DNA of 64,000 bases from NCBI GenBank assembly GCA_002269645.1, contig NIVC01002018.1:1-64000 (forward strand), in the 5' to 3' direction. Positions 37,633-50,655 of this stretch are shown here, in pieces. This stretch comes from Macrostomum lignano (Eukaryota). A program made the position numbers and the translations under genes. The notes beneath the pieces were generated by a model. The model was given only the letters and a program-made list of their open reading frames with translations, made no database searches and was not told the origin of the DNA. Every line of letters begins with the position of its first letter. Within the stretch, counting starts at the first letter, position 1.

Positions 37633-38270
37633 TCAATTTGCACTAATCACTGAATTATTTGCAGCAGTTAGCTTGACTTGGCTTTTATTTTTATTCACCG
37701 GAGAAACTACATTGAGCAGACGCATGCTATCGGTATGCAACTGATTCATGGACCGAGCTCCACTGAGAACAAAGAAGCCGCTGTGAAAAAAGCAGGACAT
37801 TTACAAAACTTTAAATTGAAAATTAAAACAGAAAAGGCTTCTGGTTCACATTCAACGTTTGGAATAATTGATTTCAACATCAATAATGAAAGTTCGGGAA
37901 CGAAATGGGAGCTGTCCATGAGCAGTAATAGTTTTAATTCGAACACAAATTATTTGATGAGGCAGCAGTTGAGCCAGGCACTTTTCGATGCAGCATAGAC
38001 ACGAAGCGACGGGCAGCCCTTTTGGCGTCTGCGTGGTTCTTGGCACCGCAGATGATCAGTTTTCCAGTAGGGTAGAGTAGCAGAGCGACTCTGGGACTCC
38101 GCATCCGCTTGATGAGCACCCGGGGCCAGACGGGCCGGTAGATCACATGAGCCATGCTGAGAGCCAGTTCCCGTAGAGGCAGCTGGGCACCCCTGTCTCC
38201 ATCCAGCCTCAGATCCATGCAATCCGCCAACAAGATTGGTCACTTTTAGGGCTGTAGCTGGTGGGCTCAT
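37633..38270 (-). pseudogene. Intronless TBP-like (TATA-binding protein fold) gene broken by frameshifts
   Basis: Repeat 1: LKVTNLVG / LPLRELAL..VIYRP..RVLIKRMRSPRVALLLYPTGKLIICGAKN..AKRAARRF. Repeat 2 in successive frames: RIKTITAHGQLPF / VECEPEAFSVLIFNLK / NVLLF / HSGFFVLSGARS. Confidence 0.68.
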
Positions 38271-38599
38271 TGCCGTTGACTTCTTCACCAAATCTGCTTT
38301 CACCATACTCACTGCTCTAGTGCCATGCACACTGCTCGATTCTTAATTTGGTGCAAAACTTTGGCTTAAGCCAATTCTGTAGTGCAGCAATGAATTTCTC
38401 ACTGCACAGCCAGTGTCTGAATCTGCTCGACTCGAGCAGCCAGCTCAAGTTCGGATTCTGCAGCTGCTGAAGACCCGCTGGGCCTTGTCCTTTCCAATGC
38501 AGTGTCATAACTTGACTCAGGTAAGCTGATAGCAGACTCCTTGCAGTTGCCGAGGCACTCTACAGTATGTGTTTTTAGTATCTGTTGGCGTAGACTGAG

Positions 38600-38817
38600 C
38601 TACCCTTGTTTCCTCTAATGGTAGACTGGGCAGGCGAGAGGAGAGGACAGGAGAGGAGAGGAGATAAGAAGAGACAGGTGAGAGAAAAGAGCTGAGAAAA
38701 GACAAAAACCTTGAGCGGGCTGGATTGCTATTGTGAAGTTTCAAAGGACCCGAGGGCCGGATAGAGAGGCTTTGGAGGCCACATGCGGCTCGGGGGCCGG
38801 TAGCTTGCCGACCCCTG
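38600..38817 (-). mobile_element. Charlie-like hAT MITE end
   Basis: Minus strand reads gtctatag|CAGGGGTCGGCAAG...AAAGCCTCTCTATCCGGCCC. The terminus and NTCTA-type flank fit Charlie-group hATs; same core as the PKD2 intronic copies. Confidence 0.6.
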
Positions 38818-39334
38818 CTATAGACAGTGCTTTCTGCATACGGCTATATCAAGTTAATTGTCTGTCAGCTATACCAAACATTCGACCGCACCCAGAGTAC
38901 TTCAAATAGACCCAGAAGCGCTGCGAGACACTTGGCCCACTCACTACATTCGTGCAAAAAGTACAGTAGAAAAACGAAAAACAAGTTTCGGACAAATTGA
39001 GTCCCCTCTGCTAGCTTGAGCATAGCTATTCATACAGATTGTGTACAGCTCCTGCACACGTACGTTTTTTAAACTCAACAGGGCTTTTATTTAAGATATG
39101 CTTTTCTTGAATAATGGCTCGTGTACTGGCTTCTTGTCTCTGTTATACGAGTATATCACTGCTGTCACAGATGCACTTTCGTTAACCCTCCGTCTGTTTT
39201 TTCTATTATTATTTTACCGTCCCTATGGGCACAGGGAGATCATTATAAAGCAGCTTATGCGCAAGTTACCCTGATAAAACGAGAGTCTCCTATAGTCAGC
39301 AGCCGAGAAACATCTGCGAACAAAAGTGATAGAA

Positions 39335-41476
39335 ATGGCAGCAGCTGGTCGACAGAGCAGCTACGAAAATAACCAGGTAATTAACTATATAACCACCTCG
39401 TTTCTAACTGACTTTGTACAACTTAGCTCTATAGAGGTCAGCAAAATCCACATACGGGCCCACAAAGCCTCTCTCTATCGGGCCGTCGGGTCCTTCGAAA
39501 CTTCACAATTAGCAATCTGAACCCTCAAAGGCTTCTCTCTTTTCTTAGCTCACATATCTCTAATCTCTCCCTTCTCCCTTCTCTCCTTTCTTTCCCTTCT
39601 CTCCTCCTCTCTCCTCTCCTACGCTATCTCTCATCTCATCCTTTATCTCCCCACCTCTCATTTCTACTATTTTCTTTTCTCTATTTTCGTTTTTAAAAGT
39701 CTACGAGTAGTCGTAAGTGTTCAACTGACTTGGCTCGAACTTATAAAATACCCGAGAAAGATAGATGAAAATGGTCTGTACGAGTACAAAGCTTTATCTC
39801 TGTATCCTACAAGTAGTTTCTGTGGTCGTTCGCAATTAAAAGAAATGGTTTTCTTCATATCTTCGCAGGAAACCGCTAGGCTGCTGGACTCAGAGAGTTC
39901 GGAGTCAGCTGAAGATCAGCCAGTCGAGGTCAGTCCTATTTGCAAGCTAAAATGCCTCGTCCTTGGCCTGGTCATTGTCGTCATCGGGGTCGTTGCATCA
40001 CTTAACGAAGGCACGGTGACCTACCAGGAGAAACACAATAAAAGTAGGCTCAACAAAAGTAGCTGGCGATGGTACAACAGGGACAACCCAAACCTTTGGG
40101 TCTGCTGGGCCATCAAGTGCATTCAGTTGTTGATGGGGATCATCTCAGTTGTCTTCTTGCTTAAAGAAGTAATGAAAAAAGGATACTTATCAAATTTGCC
40201 TCGATTTCAAGAACTACCAAAGAAATTTTCCAACTATCCAACCACAATGTTTATTTCAATATTCATCATATTTGCCATCCTTGGCGTAGTCTGTGCCATT
40301 GCTGAGACAATTAGCGAGCTTATCAATTCAATTGATCCTAATGTATACGAGATGCTCCCGTATGCGGATGTGCTGCGCTGTGTCCTGCTGTTTGCATTCA
40401 TACTACTGCAGGCTTGGTTCTTTACTAAAAACAATCGGATGTGTCTAAATTGGAAGCTGGACGGAGCCTGGGTAGCCATGACAATTATACTGGCTACCAA
40501 TGTGTCATTGTGGTTCTTTTACATCTCCTATGAAATTTCCAAGATAGCCGGGGAAAACCACGCTTGCGATACCAATGAAACAACGAGGAAGAAACTTCAC
40601 GAGAGCTTTGATATGATAGTCGAGATCATGTTCCCGTTTCTGATTGAATTCTTTCTCATGGGAGCCATACTGGCTGCCAGTTTCTTGTCTAACATTGGGC
40701 GGCTGAGCTGTATTTTAAACTAGCTGCAGCAGAGTGTCCCCTACCTGACTAACGGCGCTGAAATGAATTTCAAAGACCATCTTCGTAAACACCTGCACAG
40801 CCTGCTCTTAGGAATGGCGTTGGCCGGTTCAGCTATCCTCATCTCCTTGATGATGAAACTGTTCACATGCGAGAGAGAACCGTGGCACCTCCTGACACTC
40901 TACATTCTGGCCGTACTATTCGTGGCCGGATCGGTATGCTGCGTTGTGCTGCTGCGCGCCTTCAGGGTAGACGGGGAGGCTAAAGTTGAGACAAAGACTC
41001 GAACTGCGGCAGACAGGCTGATGCTCTGGTGCTGTGTTGTGGCCCTAGTAGTAGATGAACTGAACCGGTTATGGGGCTTGTTTCAGAGTGACAAGCCGCT
41101 GTACAATGCTATTGGCACCGGTTTGGTTATTGTGTTTGACATCGTACAGAGCGTGCTGCAAGTGTACGTGCTTGAGTGCATCCTGCTGAGGCTGGAAGTG
41201 CGGGTAGGCGGCAGTCCCCGTTCTCAGGGCGGCAGTATTGGCGCTCGCTTACTCACCGTTCTCATGGTGATCAATGCGCTTGAGTGGCTGGTCAGCGCCG
41301 TAGCCTTCAGTCTGTTTTTCTTCAACAGCAACAGCCAAAGAAGTGCAGCCACTATGGCTCTGGTAGTGATTAGCGCACCTCTGCAGGTGTTCTTCCGGTT
41401 TCATTCGGTTGGCTGCATCCATGAATTTCGGGAGCACTGTCGCGAGGTCGACTCGACGATCCCAGCATCCCGATAG
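39335..41476 (+). pseudogene. Otopetrin-like copy 2 with a single in-frame nonsense codon
   Basis: Exon 1 39335-39376 (MAAAGRQSSYENNQ|GTAATT), exon 2 39869-41476. Very similar to copy 1; TAG at 40721-40723 where copy 1 has CAG, and the frame continues to 41476. Confidence 0.82.
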
Positions 41477-42421
41477 CACCTGGGTATGGAGATGTGGTAT
41501 GATCTGCTGTCAAAGCTGAAAAATCGCATCAATCGGACGCCATGTTGCCATGTTATGCAAGACTTTCTGCAGTTTTACTTGTAATACATACCACTATAAC
41601 TATATCTAACTATAACTATACTTAAACTTTCGGTGAAGAGCTGAAAACAATCTTTAACTTAACTAAACTTACTGTAAATGTGTTTAACAGATAACTGTTA
41701 GAATTTTTTATTTATACGCTGGCTAAGTACGAAGCGGTTATTCGACCATCCCTTCAGTTCATCAGGCCTTGCCTCTGTTTATCGGTTTTTCTCTTTCACC
41801 GTATAGTTTAGGGCTGTTCTTCTTATTTCTCTTTCCCTCGCTGCCCTCTGATTGGCTCTTCAATCTCGCCTCTCTTCAGCCGCGCACTCCACCCCTACTT
41901 TTTTCTTATTACGAGTGCGTGTACACTCAAGTCCACCTACTTATTTGAATGTCTTATAGATATAATCGTTTTGCACCTTCACCCCCACGTAGCGATTAAT
42001 TTTATTCTTAAAATATATTGTTATCTTTTTTGTGTAGTCTTTACCAGTAGAAGTATCAACGGTAGAAACGTTGATCCAGAGCCACTTAAAACAGTAGACA
42101 ATTTCCTCTGTTGCGCCGGAATGGAGCAACGCAAGCACACGGAATTTCTGAAAACGGGCTAACTTTTTTCTTTTCTCTGCAACTTCTCAAAACAGGAATC
42201 TAGTCGCCAACCCTCCAGACTGTCGAGATTTTCAACGATTCTGCCAGCAGGTTGGATTTTCCTCTCAGATTCCCCTGGTGCCATCGGTTAAAAAGGCCGA
42301 CGGCGTCAGGGTGATGACGAAATGCTCAAGAGACTAGCTTTGGATGTCCAGCAGTTGAGGTTTGCTCACTGTCGAGGCTTGGTGAGCGAAACTAGAAAAA
42401 TATGAATCAGGGTGTCAATAG

Positions 42422-43263
42422 TAGGGTTGTTCGTGTTTCCATTTTTACGGGTTCAGGGTTTACCCAAAAGGACACCCAACCCGAAACCCGACCCGGACTG
42501 AAACCGACCCGACCCGAACCCGAACATTCCCTGAAGGGTGAACGCTTAATCTCAGGCTTTCTGTGATGATCTTTTTTCCAAGATTGACGACTGAAGGGAT
42601 TTACTCGTCCTGAGGTACCTCTAGTAGTCTACTTCTCGTTCTCATTTGCACGAGAATTCTCATCTCCTTGCTCCTTAACTCCTATTTCTAGTCATCAGCT
42701 GGCAATCTCAAGTCTTCACTCGTCTTCTCCCTATAATTTGACTCCTCATTCTTAAGATCTTAGCATTGAGTTTAACATCTACTTATCCAAATGTTTACCA
42801 ACTTGGCTTCAAGTTGTCATTGTTAGCGCAACATTCGAGTGTAGCTTAATGAAGAATTGGAAAATAAAGGTTGAACACCCTTTAATTTTTTATTTAAAAC
42901 TTTTGAATCTACCGCGAAAAAAACAAACAATGGCTTTTATTTACTACTATAATAATTTATAACAATTGCATAGCATACATGTAGGTTCGAACTTTAATAC
43001 AAGCATTAAATCGTTTTTCAAAGTTTAAATATTCGCCTTTTAATACTTAAAAAGCGTTGCATAACGACATTAGGAGAAATTTATTTTAAAATAGCTAAAG
43101 TTTTTTCCTTTAAACCCGAAAACCTCGAAAACTCGAACCCGAACACCTAACCCCGACCTGAAAACCCGAACCCGAACACCCGACCCGATCGACCCCGAAC
43201 CCGGTACCAAAACCCGACCGGAAACCCGACCCGACCCCGAACCCCGAACCCCGAACACCCCTA
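42422..43263. mobile_element. Non-autonomous hAT element with (ACCCGA)-type subterminal repeats
   Basis: TIRs TAGGGTTGTTCG / CGAACACCCCTA. 8-bp flanks GTCAATAG (42414-42421) and GTCCATAG (43264-43271), a 7/8 TSD match. Confidence 0.78.
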
Positions 43264-44171
43264 GTCCATAGTCACCTGGTGCCACCTGTTGAAGGTCCAG
43301 AAGCTCCACCTATGTGAAGGCCAGTAACCAACAAAGTCAGAGTTGATGCGGACACATGTGGTCGATGTGCTGATGAAATTTGGAAGCTTGGCAAGACTGC
43401 ACTGAGGCGCAGTGCTGTTTGGCGAACAGTTGTATATTGAATACACTATAGCGCTTATGGAAAAAAACTGACCTTCTGACAGAATTATTGAACGTCTCAA
43501 TCGTCCGGAGAGCTGGCGACTTGATTCTTATTTGAGAAGGTGCGCAGCAAAACTTTAGCCCGTGCTCTGGAATTTCGTGTGCTGCCCAGCTTCGTTTCGG
43601 CACAGCAAAAAAAGTTCAGGTGTATTTTCCATGGTAGTTCGACAAAAAATGGCTTTGTGTTCCTGTTGTTAATGACGGATGACAAAGGCTTCAAGGCAGT
43701 AAGCGCCGCAGTGAGTGCTAAGCGCTTGAACTTGGGTGCTTGAAAAGCCAGGCATCGACCAACCAGAGTTGCGTGCAGAGCTGTCGTCGTCGGAAAACAA
43801 AAAATTATCGACTTTTCCGTGACTATGCAGCTCCAAAATTAGTAGCTTGATTTCCCAAGACTCTCTTGCAATTAATTTTCTAGCCAGGCGAATGCCGAAG
43901 AAGCTTCTTCTCGTAAATCAATCAGAGCTGTTCTGTTTAGGCATTCGTGCGGGGTCTGCTGTCACCTAATGAAGATGTGATGTGACTAGGATGATGATAC
44001 AAGCTACCATGAGGGTTTGGTTCGTCTAGAATCAGGGACGTTATTAGAGATGTCTATTTCAGAATTGGAGTTAAATTTACATATAGTCAACAACAATATG
44101 GAGTGCATTAGTTCGCTTTTAACAACCAAAAAGAAGCATAGGAAGCATCCTTACTCGAGTTCGCAAAAGGT

Positions 44172-44720
44172 TTGGAAAATGTTTTGAAGGCCACTTTTCG
44201 CTGAAAAATACACCACGGAGATACGCTCGTGGGAGGTTTTCATGTTTCAGCACAAAAATTGTTATTGCTTTTAATAGGAGGCAGACCCAATGTTTATCTT
44301 TTGATATGCTGTGCCTTTCTTATTGCTTTATTTAGAAAATTATATTATATGTTAGTTACATGTACCTAAAAATCATAAAAATGCATGGCACAGCTCGAAT
44401 CCTTGGTTTTATGAGTCTATTTTATCAATTCTGTTACAAATATTGTTACACAATCAGCTAAGAATGACAAAATAGATTTAAAAAGCAATGAACTGAGCCG
44501 TGCCTCAGCTCAAAATGAGAAAGTAACATAGAATCCTAATTTTCAAAACGAAAAACTTTATGAATATCGATAGACCTACAAAAAGGGACAACATATCAAA
44601 AGATGAACATTGGGTCTGCCTCCTATAGAAAGCAATAACAATTTTTGGGCTGAAAAATGAAAAATGTCCTGTCTCCGTAGTGTATTTTTTGACGAAAAGT
44701 GGCCTTCAAAACATTTTTCA
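44172..44720. mobile_element. MITE with about 130-bp imperfect terminal inverted repeats
   Basis: AAATGTTTTGAAGGCCACTTTTCG...GGAGGCAGACCCAATGTT.ATCTTTTGATATG (44175-44310) is mirrored by CATATCAAAAGATGAACATTGGGTCTGCCTCC...CGAAAAGTGGCCTTCAAAACATTT (44593-44716). Confidence 0.72.
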
Positions 44721-45090
44721 TAGATTTGGAGTGTTACATCCTTCTACTTTAGTAGTCCTTGGATACGAATAGATGGATGAAAGTGTCGGCACTTGCAGCG
44801 AGGGGTTGCGCATCGGGTAATGATTTCTGGGTGTGCTTTCTGCTTTGTGCGATCACATCGGCGATTCCATTTTCGGTGACGTTGTTTTCTTGGAAAGAAG
44901 CCTGCAGGAAAAAGTCCAGATTCGAGCTCAATGAGATTGCGATAAGTTCCTTTTTTGTCGTAGTATTTATCGATCTCCTTTTCGGAGAAAAATGAAAAAA
45001 AAGAATGTCCTCTAATCGATGTAGCTAATTCTTCTCTAGCATTTTGTCAAGGATGTGAACAAAATCTGCTCTGCTTTCATCCTTCATCCT

Positions 45091-46632
45091 GGCCGGGATA
45101 GCGAAGTTTGCCTGCAGGACGCTTGCCAGCCGACGTTTGCCAGCCGACGTTTGCCAGCCGACGTTTGCCAGCCGACGTTTGCCAGCCGACGTTTGCCAGC
45201 CGACGTTTGCCAGCCGACGTTTGCCAGCCGACGTTTGCCAGCCGACGTTTGCCAGCCGACGTTTGCCAGCCGACGTTTGCCAGCCGACGTTTGCCAGCCG
45301 ACGTTTGCCAGCCGACGTTTGCCAGCCGACGTTTTCCAGCCGACGTTTGCCAGCCGACGTTTGCCAGCCGACGTTTGCCAGCCGACGTTTGCCAGCCGAC
45401 GTTTGCCAGCCGACGTTTGCCAGCCGACGTTTGCCAGCCGACGTTTGCCAGCCGACGTTTGCCAGCCGACGTTTGCCAGCCGACGTTTGCCAGCCGACGT
45501 TTGCCAGCCGACGTTTGCCAGCCGACGTTTGCCAGCCGACGTTTGCCAGCCGACGTTTGCCAGCCGACGTTTGCCAGCCGACGTTTGCCAGCCGACGTTT
45601 GCCAGCCGACGTTTGCCAGCCGACGTTTGCCAGCGGGACGTTTGCCAGCCGGACATTTGTATGCGGTAATGGGTTAAAGAATTATGCCCTCTCTAAGCTT
45701 ACATGTACTTGCATTTAAAAGCTGTGGACATAGCACTAATCTAATTCCACCTCGCTCCCTACTACTGATATTAAATATACGTACAGGTTACTAACAAACT
45801 ACTGTTCAGGCTTATTGAAGTTATTGAAGTGATTTGCGAATGAATTGACACGCAAATTTAAACGGGTCCAGCGAGCCAAGCTTTGAGCAAATAAAAGAAC
45901 TGCTAGCTTATACATTTCCCAGTTCATCGAGAGATCCAAACGATCCAAAATTCCAATGCAGCTTGTCAAGTGCACGCCGTCATGGCCAAACTCCGTTAAG
46001 CAGAGTTCGGCTTTTGAGTTAAGTGTAGGCGAGACTAAGCCTCAATCCCTGCCGTCTTCTGACTCTCAAACCCTGCTGTCTTCTGACACTCAAACCCTGC
46101 CGTCTTCTGACACTCAAACCCTGCCGTCTTCTGACACTAACCCTGTCGTGATACCATTATTGATGTCTCAGTCTTTTCCCATTTAGCTTGTAAACACTTA
46201 GCTTGTTTGGCCACTGAGATGGAAAGGGCCATTCATAGACATACATAGACATCAACTGTGACAATGGAAACTCCTATTTTGTATTTTTTACCTTCCTATT
46301 TAGGCAGACAAGAGCAATAACTTCAATAAGCCTGAACAGTAGTTTGTTAGTAACCTGTACGTATATTTAATATATCTGGCAGCTGGCAAACGTCGGCTGG
46401 AAAACGTCGGCTGGCAAACGTCGGCTGGCAAACGTCGGCTGGCAAACGTCGGCTGGCAAACGTCGGCTGGCAAACGTCGGCTGGCAAACGTCGGCTGGCA
46501 AACGTCGGCTGGCAAACGTCGGCTGGCAAACGTCGGCTGGAAAACGTCGGCTGGCAAACGTCGGCTGGCAAACGTCCGGCAGGCAAACGTCGGCTGGCAA
46601 ACGTCCGGCAGGCAAACTTCGTAGACCCGCCC
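45091..46632. mobile_element. Foldback-like element: inverted arms built from 14-bp tandem repeats (TTTGCCAGCCGACG)n
   Basis: Array on + at about 45105-45655 and on - at about 46380-46620. Outer ends CGAAGTTTGCCTGC / GCAGGCAAACTTCG. Inner unique inverted segment 45768-45826 versus 46316-46372. Central spacer contains a short 24-bp repeat (46045-46140). Confidence 0.75.
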
Positions 46633-47499
46633 TAATTAGGATCCTGCCAGCCTTCTGGTAGTTGCTCTGACGCTCCTCCTGGGTGTTTGGCTGTTGTCTG
46701 GTCAGCAGCTCGACGACATGGTTGTCTCGGCCACGTATGCAGCGAATGGCTGCTTCTCGACCGCCTAGACGACATACAGCTTGAGTCTCCCTGATCGCCT
46801 TCACATACAAGTCGATTGCTTGGATGCGGTTTCCGGAAACGCGGAAACCGTGGAAGTTCACTGTAAAGTTGGGCGAAGACGCACTTATCGTTGAGCACGA
46901 TGCTGTTCTCTCGAATTGAATGAGGTGTGAAGAAAGCGTATCGAAAATTGATAACAGGGGCATTGAGCAAGAAGCAAGTAAAAACAGTATGTTAGCAAGT
47001 TTTAGGGATAAGATGACATTGTCAAATGCGATTTCTTCGTAATAATGAACATGGAATTAATGCGTTTATGAAGGCAGGGAAAACTTTTGTCCTGAAAGCC
47101 CCCTTCATGACAACTAGCTCGTACTCTCCAATGTTTCCACAGACAATGCTGATTCGAACTCCTATTTAAAGAGGATTAACTAGAGCCAAATTGCGGCTGT
47201 TAAAGTACAGTTCAAGAGGGGTTTTACTCGGTGAGAAAGTGAAATTGTCTTCGAAGAGAAATGGGAAATAATCTTATTGTAAGCACTGATTAGACCACTC
47301 GTGCTTTTTTACGGCTTCTTAAAGAAATAATTGTGACGTAGAAAACAGCTAATCTAACGGGAATTTAAAAAAATAATTTTCAATCTTGGAAGTGTTTAAG
47401 AAATGTTTCTATTTTGCTTTACTTGTCAAGAAGTAAATTGTCTTCGTAAGGTTGCAAAGGTTTGGGGTTGGATGCTGTTCTTACTCGGTCTCCACTGAA

Positions 47500-47810
47500 C
47501 AAGGACGTCGCCATGGATTTTATGGTAGGGGGGGGGGACAAAGCCGAGAATTCTACATGTACATGTACATGACTAAATTTCTATATGTAAATTATTTCCG
47601 AATCGGCGTTTTCATCAATAATTTTGGCGCCGCATGCAGGCACTCATTTTAGCGTCGCAGGCACTCATTTTGGCGCTGCAGGCACTCATTTTAGCGCCGC
47701 AGGCACTCATTTTGGTGTTGCAGGCGCTATGTTATGTCGCCCTGAACCAAAATTATTGACTTTCCATAACGGGTCAACAAGGTGTGGTTGGGGGACAAAG
47801 CATTGGCATC
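47500..47810 (+). mobile_element. Short, right-truncated copy of the hAT MITE family also at 58525-61289
   Basis: C(A)AGGACGTCGCCATGGATTTTATGGT.GGGGGGGGACAAAGCCGA...; about 4 units of the 21-bp repeat, then ATAACGGGTCAACAAGG...GGGGGACAAAGCATTGGCAT as in the large copy. Confidence 0.75.
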
Positions 47811-48179
47811 GCGGTGCATTGTGTACTCTTTCTGGGCTAACATTGAGGTCTTAGGAGCCTTCTGAATAAAATAAGATGGTCCACCATGTCAAACTCACTT
47901 TTTGGCAGACTAAAAGAAAACATCGTGTGGAACTAGCGGCATAAAATAGAGCTGGAATTCAATTTTTCTTTCTGGCAACCAATAAAAAACCGCGGCAGCC
48001 TCACTAGTTTTGGATTGGCTGACAATTTTTGTATATTTGCCCATAAATCTGATGCGCGGTGAAGAGCGCAACACTTGGACCTGGTTCTGTAGGTGAACTG
48101 CAGCCGTTAGTGGATTACCAACTCTTTGAGGTAAGACCGAGCATTTGGGTGGTTTGAAAACACAGAATTAAAGCTAAAG

Positions 48180-49168
48180 TCTGTGCCAGTCTGTGCTAGT
48201 CAGTGCCAGTCAGTGCCAGTAAGTGCCAGTCAGTGCCAGTCAGTGTGTCTCAGTGCCAGTAAGTGCCAGTCAGTGCCAGTCAGTGTGTCTCAGTGCCAGT
48301 AAGTGCCAGTCAGTGCCAGTCAGTGTGTCTCAGTGCCAGTAAGTGCCAGTCAGTGCCAGTAAGTGCCAGTCAGTGCCAGTAAGTGCCAGTCAGTGCCAGT
48401 CAGTGTGTCTCAGCTCCAGTCAGTGTGTCTCAGTGCCAGTCAGTGTGTCTCAGTGCCAGTCAGTGTGTCTCAGCTCCAGTCAGTGTGTCTCAGCTCCAGT
48501 CAGTGTGTCTCAGCTCCAGTCAGTGTGTCTCAGTGCCAGTCAGTGTGTCTCAGCTCCAGTCAGTGTGTCTCAGCTCCAGTCAGTGTGTCTCAGCTCCAGT
48601 CAGTGTGTCTCAGCTCCAGTCAGTGTGTCTCAGCTCCAGTCAGTGTGTCTCAGCTCCAGTAAGTGTGTCTCAGCTCCAGTCAGTGTGTCTCAGCTCCAGT
48701 CAGTGTGTCTCAGTGCCAGTCAGTGTGTCTCAGCTCCAGTCAGTGTGTCTCAGCTCCAGTCAGTGTGTCTCAGTGCCAGTCAGTGTGTCTCAGTGCCAGT
48801 CAGTGTGTCTCAGTGCCAGTCAGTGTGTCTCAGTGCCAGTCAGTGTGTCTCAGCTCCAGTCAGTGTGTCTCAGTGCCAGTCAGTGTGTCTCAGTGCCAGT
48901 CAGTGTGTCTCAGTGCCAGTCAGTGTGTCTCAGCTCCAGTCAGTGTGTCTCAGTGCCAGTCAGTGTGTCTCAGCTCCAGTCAGTGTGTCTCAGTGCCAGT
49001 CAGTGTGTCTCAGCTCCAGTCAGTGTGTCTCAGCTCCAGTCAGTGTGTCTCAGCTCCAGTCAGTATGTCTCAGCTCCAGTCAGTGTGTCTCAGCTCCAGT
49101 CAGTGTGTCTCAGCTCCAGTCAGTGTGTCTCAGCTCCAGTCAGTGTGTCTCAGTGCCAGTCAGTGTGT
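48180..49168. repeat. 20-bp minisatellite (CAGTGTGTCTCAG[CT/TG]CCAGT)n
   Basis: Direct reading. Confidence 0.95.
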
Positions 49169-49800
49169 CATTATGCATAACAAAGCGCTCGTCTGTCTTG
49201 GTTGGCATGGGGGGGGGCAAGTTTAACTCAATGTGAAGATGGAGAGGAGATGGGGGGCTGCACCCAATGGCTGCCATAAAAGCAGGTAGCCAAGCAATTA
49301 ACACCTGACCAACAGAAGCGTCTCGCACGCAAAATAACTCCGAAAAATTTTATTGTCAGCACCTTATTAGCATAACAAAAGTTTTATAATTATTGGGACA
49401 GTCTCTGCCGCTCCGGGGCCGGTTGGAAGAATCACATTTTATTACCTTGGGCTCCTTATGGCGTACTTCAGAAGCACCTTTTCTTTATGGGAGCCACGCT
49501 AGGGAGTGAAAAACTTCTCGAGTGGGTACGGCCACGATTTACTGCCTAAAAAACCCATTTTCTTAGCAAAATACAAGCACTGCACACAACTAATGCGTGA
49601 CTTTGTCTTTGTGTAAGCTGGAAGTATTCAAAAAGATTTTAAATTTTGTCAGAAAAGCAGCAAACCCCGTTAGTACAGTGATTTAGGTGAGCGAAACATA
49701 ACAGTTGAGTGCTTTTGAAATCTAAGACTCTTTCTTATACCTGACAGCTTCCGTGTACCTTTTCAGGACTGCCTGATATATGTGTGCAGGTTATTTACCG

Positions 49801-50655
<855 letters not shown>

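Noticed and set aside
43261-43743. Short ORFs as a transposase remnant
   Set aside because: Only a vague HMCPHQL resemblance; no further motif could be supported.
48343-49236. Cys/Ser/Val-rich ORFs
   Set aside because: They are translations of the 20-bp minisatellite.
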